This document shows positions 52,940-64,000 of a stretch of DNA of 64,000 bases, one piece after another. This stretch comes from Vicugna vicugna (lineage: Eukaryota). Location of the stretch: the NCBI GenBank assembly GCA_013265495.1, contig MU058059.1:806001-870000 (forward strand), given 5' to 3'. Position numbers and translations under genes: made by a program. Numbering within the stretch: position 1 is the stretch's first letter; each line of letters begins with the position of its first letter. Under the pieces are notes generated by a model. That model ran no database searches and was not told the DNA's origin. It was given only the letters and a program-made list of their open reading frames with translations.

Positions 52940-53502
52940 GTGAAAAAAGATGATAGAAAATTAACCAACCAAATATATAAATCTAAGACCATTCTGCATT
53001 CCCAGAACTTGTTTTCGTATCTGCGCAGGGTCCTCACCAGTACTTTCTGCGTCTAGATGAAGTACTTTTACTAAGTTATTAAAAATGCTCTTGTGACCCT
53101 GTCACATGTAATGGTGACCAGGAAATCAAGGTACTCAGTTATCACTCTGTGCAGCACACTCACCCGTGTGCCAAGCGGAGAGAGGAATTAAAAAAGGAAC
53201 AGAAGTCTCTCGCTTCTGCACTGGACACAGGAGTTCTCAAATTAAAATCAGAAATCATAAAAAAGACGGTGGGGGAGGGGGTTGCTTACTGGCGACATTA
53301 ATACTAGACACCAGACAGGACAGTGAAACAGTTTGGTCAGAACCAAGGAAGGGTGCTTCCTTGCAAAGTTTAAAAAACACGAAACCAAGCACTGCCTTAA
53401 GTCCAGTGAGTACAATGCTCTGTAAGTTTCCACCAAAAAGCACAGTGGCTGGCGTTCGCGCACCGGGATGCGGCGGGCTGCGCATCCCGGCCCGCATCCT
53501 CT

Positions 53503-54849
53503 CTAGCTGCAGGCGATGGTCTCCAGCTGCTGCTCGGCCTCCGCGGCCATGGCCGCCGCCTGCAGCTGCTCCGTCTCGCTCTGGATGGCGCTGGGGGTGA
53601 CCTGCTTCCTCTCGCTGTGCATATTGTTCTCGTGCCTTTTCAGATCCGACGCCTTGGCGAAGGCCTTGGTGCAGGAGCCGCAGACGAAGGGCTTCTCCCC
53701 ACGGTGCCTGCGCTCGTGGTCCTTGAGGTGGGACTTGTGCTTGAAGGCCTTGTCGCACATGTGGCAGGCGAAGGGCCGCTCGTTGCTGTGCACCCGCTCG
53801 TGCTTCTTCAAGTCCGGCGCGCGGATGAACGACTTGCCGCACACCTCGCAGCTGTAGGGCTTGTAGCCCGTGTGGATCTTCAGGTGCTCCTTGAGGTGGG
53901 CCTGCGTGGTGAAGCCCTTGGTGCACATTTCGCAGACGAAGGGCCGGTCGGCTGTGTGCAGTTTCTCGTGCTTCCGCAACCTGCCCTCGTCCGAGAAGGT
54001 CTTCCCGCAGGCCTGGCAGGCGATCTGCTCCCGGTGGTGGCCGTAGAGCAAGTACTCGAACTTCATGTCGCTGGTGGCGGTGGTCCAGCCCGGGGTCTGC
54101 TCATCCTTCACTTCACTCATGCCGTCGTTAAATGTTAAGGCTTGAGGGGTCTGGGACCCCAGATCCTTCGACTCGGGCGTCTCCATGGACTCGACTTCCT
54201 GGCCGTAGCAGTTGACTTTGCGCACCTCCTCGCTCCCCAGCTCCTTCAGGATCGCCTCCTGGACCCTGAGCGTGGTCGTAGGTGACTTGCCGTCCTCCTG
54301 GCTAGGGGGGGTGCCTTCTACCGTGTCATCGGAAGGACTGTCATCCTGATCTCCGATTTCTTCCACGTCGTCGTCCTGAGCGTCAGCGGCGTCTCCGATG
54401 GGGCGGTTTATCTTGAGGCAATACTTGCTTTTGGACTGGCCGTTATTTTCGTCGGGACTAGACACGTCGCGCTTCTGCGAACAGAGTTTATCCAAGAATC
54501 GGATCCCCAGAATCTGACCTGATGACATCATTAAGTTAACATCTTCTTTTTTCACGGAAATCTTGGCAGTGTACATGTAATTCAGGACCTCTTCAAATAT
54601 ATCAGAGCGAAGAAAATCTATTTCTATGACGGACGAGCTATCAACCTCAAGCTTCTTGAAAAGCTTTTTAAAGTAGGTGCTGCAGGCGGCAAGAACGCAC
54701 CTGTGTGCTCGGAACTTCACATCTTCCACCACGATGGCGATGTCGCAAAATTCTCCTTCCAGGCGTTGTTCATTTAGCGTTTTCAGAAACAGAGTTTTAT
54801 GATCATCGTCATTATATTTAATGGTTTCAGACATACTGATGAAAAACTC
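53503..54849 (-). CDS. ZBTB14: Zinc finger and BTB domain-containing protein 14 (ZF5/ZFP161), main coding exon
   Basis: Acceptor TTTTTCATAG|GAG TTT TTC ATC AGT ATG gives (M)EFFISMSETIKY...; BTB domain (FCDIAIVVEDVKFRAHRCVLAACS), acidic linker, five C2H2 fingers, C-terminus LETIACS; 449 aa with the upstream ATG. Confidence 0.97.
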   Translation of the reverse strand, partial: EFFISMSETIKYNDDDHKTLFLKTLNEQRLEGEFCDIAIVVEDVKFRAHRCVLAACSTYFKKLFKKLEVDSSSVIEIDFLRSDIFEEVLNYMYTAKISVKKEDVNLMMSSGQILGIRFLDKLCSQKRDVSSPDENNGQSKSKYCLKINRPIGDAADAQDDDVEEIGDQDDSPSDDTVEGTPPSQEDGKSPTTTLRVQEAILKELGSEEVRKVNCYGQEVESMETPESKDLGSQTPQALTFNDGMSEVKDEQTPGWTTATSDMKFEYLLYGHHREQIACQACGKTFSDEGRLRKHEKLHTADRPFVCEMCTKGFTTQAHLKEHLKIHTGYKPYSCEVCGKSFIRAPDLKKHERVHSNERPFACHMCDKAFKHKSHLKDHERRHRGEKPFVCGSCTKAFAKASDLKRHENNMHSERKQVTPSAIQSETEQLQAAAMAAEAEQQLETIACS

Positions 54850-55079
54850 CTATGAAAAATGTTGAAAGAGAAACTTTGGTAATTATGAACAAGACTTTCC
54901 CATACAGAACACACAGGCAGATTTTCATTTCCTGAGCAATTTTCAGTCCCTGGCAAATTCAGAAAGTCAGCGTCAGAAGTGGTTCAAGGATATGAGTAGA
55001 AAATACAGATCCCAACCAAGGGATGTCCATACTGGTACTTCTATCTTCCGCGCACTGAGCATCTGTCTGGCTACTTCTA

Positions 55080-55285
55080 CTGAGCGCCTGAGCACATGCC
55101 TGGCGTTGTTCTATGTGCTTTCCTTTCCATGTCTTCACAAATGCAAGGATCAAATAACCTCGAGAGACAGGTATTACTACCCTCACTTTATAGATGAGCT
55201 CAGGAACCTGCCCAATAATCAGGTTATTCAGTGGTGTGCTGGGGCTGGAATCCAGGCAATCTAGCTCCAGAACCCATGCTTCCTG
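55080..55285 (+). mobile_element. MIR SINE fragment in ZBTB14 intron
   Basis: GTATTACTACCCTCACTTTATAGATGAG...GGAATCCAGGCAATCTAGCTCCAGAACCCATGC core. Confidence 0.6.
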
Positions 55286-55964
55286 ACAACTAGAGGTACT
55301 AATGACAAATAACTCAACTTCCAGGTTTAAGACACAGCTTTCAGGCAGGAATCCACGAGTGCCGTCTGTTGCGTCTACTTTAATGTCACACAGAGGAAGA
55401 TTCAGGAAAATAACTAGCAGCTCACAGGGTTCTACTTCCTGGACGGAAGAGACAGGTCACTGTTGCAGAACTAGAAAAGGATATCGGTGCCAAAACGCTC
55501 CATTCAGCGCTGCCTTCTGGTTTTTCCATGCCAGTTTTGGGGCCAATTTGAACAAGGGTTAAGGTTTAATATGACCCTCAGAGCATCAGAGGGCATTTGC
55601 GAAGACAGTGACAAACGCCTTCATTCCCTCTGGATGCCAATCTATCTGCCATCTAGATCACAGTATCATCAAGACTGGATGCACATGACAAGGGCTGCAA
55701 GTATTTTATAAGCAAAAAAAAATTTGGAACTGGCACAAAAGACACCTGTCACCATGTTAAAGAAGTGATCTTTTTAAAATAATGTGTTCTGTATGTTTTC
55801 TTTCCAAAAACATTGGTTTTCTTTGATTCAACAAAGTATAACTATGAGGAAAATATACATTTCCCCTAAAGAAACAGAAGCGCTAATACGTAACTGAGAG
55901 ATATGTTATCTTAAGCTAATACCAGACAATATTTGCAAGATGTAATATCCAAAGTTATAGTTAC

Positions 55965-55967
55965 CAT
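55965..55967 (-). CDS. ZBTB14: ZBTB14 initiator codon (ATG at the end of the 84-nt exon 55965-56048)
   Basis: TTCATG|GTAACT donor; acceptor TTTTCTCTTGTAG|GAC at 56048; joins in phase 0 to EFFIS. Confidence 0.85.
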
Positions 55968-56624
55968 GAACAACTCAGGCTATTATCTTAATGCTTTAAA
56001 CACCAAAATCTTCAGATCAGAATAACTCTGATCAGGGGCACGCCAGTCCTACAAGAGAAAAGGACACACAGAGTAAGGTCGGATCTTCCCCCATCACAAA
56101 TTCTAAATAAGAATGTTTTCAAGAATTGATTTTAAAAAATAAACTTTCCTTTCTTGGCCTGCCACGTGCACATGTACCCATTTTCAGGTTGGGAACAGAG
56201 AGGAGGGTGGCTGGCAGTATCAGGTCCAGCTCTGAACAGACATGAACGGGGACTGGTCAGGGCTGTAGTACTTGAGGCCTGGGGGGATGCACTGGGGATG
56301 GGAAGGATGAGTTGGAAAACCACTAAGGAATTTCTCCTCGCAAACATAGCCCACGTCCATGTTTGTAAGCATGTTGATGGCTACACAAGAGTGCAAGTCA
56401 AAAAAAAAAAAAGAGTGGAAGCCAGTAAGTGCTCCCCACCCCCACCATTTCCCGCTGGATACATAGCGTTCCACATTTTTCTCTAGGCTCTTATAGAGTA
56501 TATATTGTTTATTAATATAGGTAAGGTTACAAAACTACATACAGCCAACAGCTAACATTGGAGGAGAGGAAATAGCAGTTTTCTTCTTTCCAGACTTCTG
56601 TGTGATGTAGCACACATCACTTAC

Positions 56625-56680
56625 ACTACACGGGTCTCTACACTTGCAATCGTGAAATCCAGGTGTTTTTGCCTTTACCC
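56625..56680 (-). other. ZBTB14: Candidate ZBTB14 5'UTR cassette exon
   Basis: Donor AGT|GTAAGT at 56625; acceptor TTCTTTGATCCTCCCTGTAG at 56681; acceptor choice uncertain. Confidence 0.4.
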
Positions 56681-57409
56681 CTACAGGGAGGATCAAAGAA
56701 TTCTAGCTTTGTACACGTTTTAACTTTTACCACGGGGCCTCCATCCTGCAGACCAACATCCTGAAAAACAAAGTCTCCCCTGCAAACAGTGACCACACAA
56801 ACTTGCGTGTGGTAGGACCAAAGTCCTGAAAACCCTTAGAAGTTCTCTCTACAGAAAAGCAAAAGCACCAAGCCGCCTCGAGCAGCAGGCTATTTTCTTA
56901 TCTGCCAAGTGTGAGGGTTGGGCAAAATTATTTCTAAGGCTGCTTCCCGCCCTGTCTGCTCCCTAGGTGCACCCTGGCCTGCAGTCACCCTCAAGGGAAG
57001 GCAACTAGGCAAAACCTTCCTGCCGGGGCCACTTCCTCCTGATGCGAGCGGCTCTCCCTAGGGCTTGTGGGATAAAAGTACATGGACCAGACACAGGAGT
57101 GGCGTACAGTACCCATGGTAACAAATGACTGCGCTGGATTTTTTTTTTCTTTTTCTTTTTTGGCCAGTGTGTTATTTGGCCTCGACTCTTTCAGTATCTC
57201 TGAGGACCTTTTTTTTTTTTCTGCTGAGATGTTCCCATTGCCAAGTTCAGGTGAGTCAAACTGGAAGACATCCGCTGCCACTATCCCAGAAGCTGGAGGG
57301 AAAGATGTATTCCCGACCACCCCTCCAGTACGAAGCTGCCCACTTTATTAAGGTTTTCCAAACCGCCGCCACCGAGCTGGAGCGGGGACTCCCGCAAAGA
57401 CAAACTTAC

Positions 57410-57480
57410 ATAAGCGGCGGCGGCAGCCTCCCCTGCCCCGGAGCCGCCGCGACAATGGCGGCGGCCCCACTTCCCGGTCG
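57410..57480 (-). other. ZBTB14: Candidate ZBTB14 non-coding first exon
   Basis: Donor TAT|GTAAGT at 57410; YY1-like GCCGCCATTG and ETS-like CCGGGAAGT near the likely start; 5' end approximate. Confidence 0.6.
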
Positions 57481-57836
57481 CAAGCTCGCAACTTCGGGAT
57501 AGGGGGGTGGGGTGGGAGCAGGGAGCGAAGCGCAAGACCCACGGCGGCCCCAGAGCCTTTCCAAGCCTCGCGCCCATTTCTGTCGGCCCGGGAGGCCCGG
57601 GGAGTGAATAAAGCCTTTGCATTCCTCCCGGAACAAAAGCTCCCGGACTCGGGAGCCGGGAGGTGAAAGGGCCGCTTTCCCTTTCAGAATCGGGCATTCG
57701 GCGCAGGCTGGGGCCGCGCCTCCGAGCGCGAGAGGGAGGACCCACGGCGGCCCCGGCGGCAGGGAGCGGGAGCGGGCGGGCGGCCGGGCTCCGCGGCCCC
57801 GCGCCGCGCCGCGCCGCGCCCCGCTCCGCCCGCGAG

Positions 57837-58640
57837 NNNNNNNNNNNNNNNNNNNNNNNNNNNNNNNNNNNNNNNNNNNNNNNNNNNNNNNNNNNNNNNN
57901 NNNNNNNNNNNNNNNNNNNNNNNNNNNNNNNNNNNNNNNNNNNNNNNNNNNNNNNNNNNNNNNNNNNNNNNNNNNNNNNNNNNNNNNNNNNNNNNNNNNN
58001 NNNNNNNNNNNNNNNNNNNNNNNNNNNNNNNNNNNNNNNNNNNNNNNNNNNNNNNNNNNNNNNNNNNNNNNNNNNNNNNNNNNNNNNNNNNNNNNNNNNN
58101 NNNNNNNNNNNNNNNNNNNNNNNNNNNNNNNNNNNNNNNNNNNNNNNNNNNNNNNNNNNNNNNNNNNNNNNNNNNNNNNNNNNNNNNNNNNNNNNNNNNN
58201 NNNNNNNNNNNNNNNNNNNNNNNNNNNNNNNNNNNNNNNNNNNNNNNNNNNNNNNNNNNNNNNNNNNNNNNNNNNNNNNNNNNNNNNNNNNNNNNNNNNN
58301 NNNNNNNNNNNNNNNNNNNNNNNNNNNNNNNNNNNNNNNNNNNNNNNNNNNNNNNNNNNNNNNNNNNNNNNNNNNNNNNNNNNNNNNNNNNNNNNNNNNN
58401 NNNNNNNNNNNNNNNNNNNNNNNNNNNNNNNNNNNNNNNNNNNNNNNNNNNNNNNNNNNNNNNNNNNNNNNNNNNNNNNNNNNNNNNNNNNNNNNNNNNN
58501 NNNNNNNNNNNNNNNNNNNNNNNNNNNNNNNNNNNNNNNNNNNNNNNNNNNNNNNNNNNNNNNNNNNNNNNNNNNNNNNNNNNNNNNNNNNNNNNNNNNN
58601 NNNNNNNNNNNNNNNNNNNNNNNNNNNNNNNNNNNNNNNN
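57837..58640. other. Assembly gap (804 N)
   Basis: Run of n characters. Confidence 1.
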
Positions 58641-61600
58641 GCACAGACTGTCTAGCCGGCCGTGAACACCCCCACCGGCACCCCCCCTTCCCGTGCATGC
58701 GCGGTGCGGGCCAGGGGGAAGGCGCGCCGCCGGCTTGCGCAGGCACGGAACCCGACCGGGCCTCTAAATGGGCGAGCGGGGAAAGGGTTAATCCGGGACC
58801 TTGCGACGCTATCGTTGGAGTCTACGGGGCCGCCCCCGGAGGGCCCTGGCCTGCGCAGGCGCGCGCACGCGCGCGGCTTGGGGCGCGCGGAGCCCGCGCG
58901 CGGGAGAAGGGGTGGGCGGGACAGGGGCGGGCCTTCGGCGGCCGAGGAGCGAATGCACGAGCGCCGCTCGCGGGCACCCGCTCCGCCTGCAGCTCTCGCC
59001 TTCCGCTCGGACTCCTGAGCTCCCGCCCGCGCCTGGCGCCGGCACAGCACCGGGGACGCGGGAGCCCGGCGCTCCCGTGCGTGTGCATGTGCGTGGGCAG
59101 TGCCGCCCTCGGGCGCGCGCAGGCCGGGCGCTGCGGCTGCGGGGCTCGCCCGCGACGCCAGGGCGGGCGCCTGGGACACCCTCCCCTCCGCGCACACCCG
59201 TGACAGCGAGCCGCGCGCTCGCCGGCGTTAGGTCTTAGCTGCTATCGCTGTCGCATTATGCATATTGGAGCAGTGCTAGGCGCTCACTAAACATTTGCAG
59301 AACAAACGCAGAAAGCGACATCTTTCATTTGGAGTGGATCACCCTTAAAGCTCTGAATCCAGCTAAGGGCGCGCCCACGCTCCCGCCTTTCCCCGGACAC
59401 TCGCAGGGGAAAGTCACGGGGGCGGAGGCCGTGGCGCATCTCCGGCAGTCGAAGGCCTGGGCTCGATTTCATTTGCAGCGCCCTCGGAGAGCTCTGATAA
59501 CTCAGCGCTGTGCCTACATCCCCGTTCAGCAAAAGTAATGACTCCACTGCTGTTGAAGCCACGTCGCGTCCCCTCAGACCTAGTGACCTGGGCCTGTGCA
59601 TGGCGTCAGACCTGAGAAGTCCCTTCTGCTCCCGCGTTTTCTGCTCACCTCAATCCAGCAATCTGGACAGCACGGCATCTCCGTAGAGTCCCTTGTGCTG
59701 CTTTACCACACTTCCTTAACAGCGTTTCACAAAAACATGCGTAATTTACATCTAAAAATTAGAGCAGAACCTTCCTCGTGGGCTTGTGTGATGAGTGCGT
59801 GAGATAATGCTTGAAACAGGTACATAATACACATTTAAGAAATTATGATTGTGTTAAATTCCAGAGAAATTATATATGGCCTGAAATGACTTTGTAGTGT
59901 TTATTTACGTTAGTTTCAACGTTTCAAAGGTGCTTTTATACGCATCACAAAAGCATGGGGGTTATTAGGTCTATTCACTGCAGCAGGATAGAGGAGACCA
60001 GTTCTAGAGTCAGACATACCCAGTTCAGATATTGAGTACATTATTTAACTTCGCTAAACCTCACTCCTTATTCTCTGATAAGAACAGGGAGTTGTGAGGA
60101 TTAAATGGAATAATGCTCAGCTAAGTGCTTAGCTCAAATACTAGCTTGATGGTGTTAAATGACCTGCCAACTCTCCGCAGATAGTGGGTTTAAGTGGCAG
60201 GGGCAAGATCAGAACCACCGAAGTTCAGGCTCATCCTTTACCCAGGTGGCCAAGTTCCCTCTGATGCCACGCTGTGCCTGTTTATTCTTACAGCTTTACA
60301 CGCCAACCCGATTTTTTGTGTTTATAGGGGGATAGTAATAGTACTATGTCATAGGATTATGTTTCAAGCAATAAAGCTGTCCCTGCATTTAGCCGTGTAT
60401 GGGCACACGTACCACCTGGTTATGGTTCACTGCTGCGACTCCCTCTTCTCCCAGACAGCGTAATTGCACAGGCTTACACACTCATTCTGCATATATTTAT
60501 CATCTACCTACTATGTAAAGGCCGTCTCTTTGCATGTAGCTAATAAAGTCTTCCCAGGATTTTACTAATCTGCCCCAAATAAAATAGTTCAGAAGAGTTC
60601 TCCAGCACCAGAATGCATTTCTTAAGAAAAAGACGCCTGACATCTTGGTTTTGCCTCAATTACCCCTCTGTTTCATTTGTTTTATACGCTAGTACCCTGG
60701 GCTCTGCCGGGGCTGCCCTGTACTGCATGGCAGTTATGGGATGGGTCTAAATTAAAGGGGCAACTCGGTGGGATGGAGGAGGGAGGGGTGGGAAACTACA
60801 AAGGAAAGGCCTGACCCAGCATCTCACCATAACCCACCAGCCTTGAACCGGCACTGCCCAGCATCCATTAGGCGCTCAATAAGTATCAGAAGACAGATAA
60901 GCGACAATCCAGAAGTCAGTCCCACGGGGAGTTATAAGGACACACTGTGGGGACAACGGGGGTCAGGACCTTTCTGAAAAGCACCTACCTGAGGCCCTTG
61001 AAGGAAGTGTTCTGCGACTCCCACCAGGAATGCTTTCAGTCTGTGAAACACAATATACATTTTATAGAATAGTATCCTAAGAATTACGACCCCATGAGGT
61101 TTTCACTGGAGTTACTGTACAGTCACTTAAATAATAGCAATAAAACCGAGAGGAAAAAAGTCTCTAACTTATTTTAGAAGAAAGATCAAAAAAGGTTATT
61201 GCTGTGTCTCTGGATTATTTAGTGGTCTTGTTAAGAACAAAATTACTGTAATTATACTACCTACAAATAGGATAAAATGGAAGCAATTAATTGATAAGAT
61301 TCACATTTAAGTAGTCTACAGCTGTAGAACATTATTCTAAGAATTGTAAGTATATCTAGCTTCTACTTGAGCCACTGTATAATTTCTTAATTAATAAATA
61401 ATTAAGCAATAAAACTAAGAGAACAAAATCAGTTACTTTAGTAGAAAGAGGGGAAAAGCACCTTATTATAGTCCTGTACCTTCAGAAGTATGCTGATTAG
61501 AAGGTGAGTCTGCTTACAGGATAATTCCCTTCTGTTTTCGGGTTTTGTAGATACGTGACTGCATCCAGCCTGTGCACCTTTCTTATCGCCTGTGTTGGTT

Positions 61601-62257
61601 GTGTTGGGCCAGGGAAATTCCTTAGGGGAGTGGACCTCCGGGGAGGTCTGTTCTCGCTTTCCAGAGGAAGGGAAAACAGGGTATCCTCAGGAACTGCCCC
61701 CTGGGGTTTCTCTGTCACATCTGACCTCTGAAGAGGGCACCTGGACTAGCAGCTCCCCTTTCAGGTGAGAGTGTGGAGTCAAAGAAAGTCCCGAAAGTCT
61801 TCCAGGGCAAGGAGCGCCAGGACAAGCTTTGCCTTGCAGCCTAAGTATGGAGTTGGCTGGCCGAGGAGACCCTTCCCCTGTGGGCTTGAACTTGTTGGGG
61901 CATCTGGTCTCCCCTGGGCACCAGGCCCAGGCTCCCCATGCCAAGACAGCCTCTGCTCCTCCTCTGGAAACTAGGCATCTGGAGGAGCCCCTGATGATTC
62001 TCTCGGGTTAACATCACAGGGAGCTGGGCGAAGGGTTTATAGGAACATTGTACACTTGGGGCAACTCTTCTATAAATATAGAATCATTTCAAAACAAAAA
62101 AGTTTTTCTCTAAAGGCAATTCTTTTTCTCTGGTAACTTTCAGGATTTTTTCCCTTGTTTTTAGTTTTCAGCATTTTAATTATGGTATTTCTGGGTATAT
62201 ATTTTATTGAGTTTATCCTATTTGGGGTTTACTGACATATTTCTCTAATTTGGGGAA

Positions 62258-62386
62258 GTATTTGGGGGGGAGGTAATTAGGTTTATTTATTTATTTATTC
62301 TTTTTCAAGGGAGGTACTGGGGATTGAACCCAGGACCTCTTACATGCTAAGCATATGCTCTACCACTAAGCTGTACCATCCCCTGA
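62258..62386 (-). mobile_element. tRNA-derived SINE (Vic-1 type) with TSD
   Basis: GGAGGTACTGGGGATTGAACCCAGGACC...CTCTACCACTAAGCT; CTAATTTGGGG on both flanks. Confidence 0.85.
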
Positions 62387-62984
62387 CTAATTTGGGGGAG
62401 TTTTCAGCCATTATTTCTTCACATTTTTTCCAGCATACATTCTTTTTCTTCTTCTTCGACTTCAGTGACATAAACAATGGATTTAAAATTTTTTTTCTTT
62501 TAGGATTGTAAGATTTTTATTTACAAAAATCGTTTTCCCACTCTCATTCAGATTGAATAATTTCTATCGCTCTATCATCAAGGTAACTGATTTGTCCTTT
62601 TGTCATCTCCAATCTGCTGTTTCGACATTCAGTGAGAGTTTTCATTTCAGTTGTGTATTTCAGTTTGAAATTTTCCATTTTCTTTTTCTTTTAACTTCTG
62701 TTTCTTTTCTGAGACTTTCTATTTTTTTTTTTTGAATTTGTTTTAAGTGTCCATAGTTGCTTGTTGGGGAATTTGAATAAAAACTGCTTCTAAGCCTTTG
62801 TTATTTAATTCCAACACCTTTCTCATCTCACTGTTACTTTCTGTTGATGGTCTTTTCAGAAGTGAGTTGAGATTTCCTGGGTCTTTTCATATTGAGTAAG
62901 TTTAGATTGTATCTTAGATATTTTAAATATTATGTTATAAGACTCTGAGTCATGTTAAATCCTATGAAAAAAATGTTAATTCTT

Positions 62985-63112
62985 TTTTTTTCTTTTGGTG
63001 GGAGGTAAGGCAATTAGGTTTATTTATTTATTTTTAGTGGACATACTGGGGATTGAACCTAGGACCTTGTGCATGCTAGGCATGCACTCTACCACTGAGC
63101 TGTGCCCTCCCT
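62985..63112 (-). mobile_element. tRNA-derived SINE (Vic-1 type)
   Basis: TACTGGGGATTGAACCTAGGACCTTGTGCATGCTAGGCATGCACTCTACCACTGAGCT. Confidence 0.85.
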
Positions 63113-64000
63113 GCTGATTTTTTTTTTAATTTTTTTATTTTAGCAGATAATCAACCTGGTTAAGTTCTGGTCACAGGTTTTAACCTACTTTCTGTGGGCT
63201 GTTGCTCGGTATATTTGGAGTGCTATTTGGATCTGCCTCAAGTGTTTTCGTGCGTTGGCCAGTGTAGGGCCTGGGCAGTGATCTGTTAGTTCAGTTCTCC
63301 AAGTCTTTTATGTGCTGAATAGGATGTGCAGCTTGAAGGTGGGCCTAGGATTTGTAAACAACTTTATGGGGTTGGTTTCCTGGGCTTTTTTGTCTTTGTG
63401 ACTCCCTGTTACCCTCCGCCTTCCAGGGGCTGTCTTTTCCCATCCTTCATCCAGAAAGCTGGGGCACTTGCGTGGCCACACCTGCATCCACAAGTGGTAG
63501 GAGGACCTGAAGGAAAAACATTGGTAAACTCACTGCTGGTTTGGTGATAAGCTGGCTTATTCTCTGATACATTTCTTTTAAAGAGCTATAAATTTCCTTC
63601 TTAGGACTGTGTTCCCCTTTCCAACATATTTTTCCATATAGTTTTATTTATATTCAGTTGGATGTATTTCTTAGGTTACTTTATGACTTCCTTTTTAACC
63701 CATGTTATTTAATAATCCAATGTTATTTTGTTTCCCATTGTATGAGAATTTTTTTTTTGAGTTATCTTTTTGGAACTTGTAAAAAAGAATTCCTATATTC
63801 ATTTTACCTTTATCCCAATTTACCAATTGTTAACATTTTGCCGCCATTTGTTTAATCCTGTGCTCTCAGGCTCCCTGTTTCCCTTACTCTCCCCCTCTCT
63901 TTCTCTTTCTCTCTCAGCCTCTATCTACACACACACACACACACTCACACTTTTTATTCTGAACCATTTTTTCAGAGTAAGTTACAGGTATTATGCCACC

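Larger units (their letters stand above)
57340..59530. promoter_or_regulatory. ZBTB14: ZBTB14 CpG-island promoter
   Basis: Extreme GC/CpG content on both sides of the gap; NRF1-like TGCGCAGGCGCG at 58852-58863; GC boxes. Confidence 0.85.
62030..63960 (-). mobile_element. Ancient LINE-1 remnants (antisense) carrying two SINE insertions
   Basis: T-rich plus strand with L1M-like motifs (TTTTCAGCCATTATTTCTTCA); boundaries approximate. Confidence 0.55.

Noticed and set aside
53255..54138. 223-aa alternate-frame and 173-aa antisense ORFs over ZBTB14
   Set aside because: Explained by extreme GC3 removing stop codons in other frames; no domain evidence
57406..59203. 446-, 528- and 330-aa ORFs
   Set aside because: Artefacts of translating through the 804-N gap in a GC-rich island
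1..64000. CRISPR arrays, operons or other prokaryotic systems
   Set aside because: The sequence is mammalian (introns, LINE/SINE, CpG islands); no repeat-spacer arrays seen

Overview
Mammalian genomic DNA, very probably camelid, judged from seven copies of a tRNA-Ala-derived Vic-1-type SINE. Gene order matches human 18p11.31. The minus strand carries the 5' end of AKAIN1 (CpG island; first coding micro-exon MVFAP-G at 20295-20310; a second phase-1 candidate first exon; a near-consensus REST/RE1 site). It also carries the complete coding region of ZBTB14/ZF5 (BTB plus five C2H2 fingers; ATG-only exon at 55965-55967 plus 53503-54849), whose CpG-island promoter has an 804-N assembly gap. The most notable element lies between these genes at 31884-32282 (+): an intronless LDOC1-like (RTL/SIRH/Mart family, Ty3/Gypsy gag-derived) ORF in its own CpG island. 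It is colinear with LDOC1 over about 130 codons but interrupted by one in-frame TAG at codon 100, and it sits where human has the lncRNAs LINC00526/LINC00667. The rest is interspersed repeats (L1, SINE, MIR, LTRs, DNA transposons), several nested and with visible target-site duplications. Repeat family names and protein comparisons are from recall, not from database searches.
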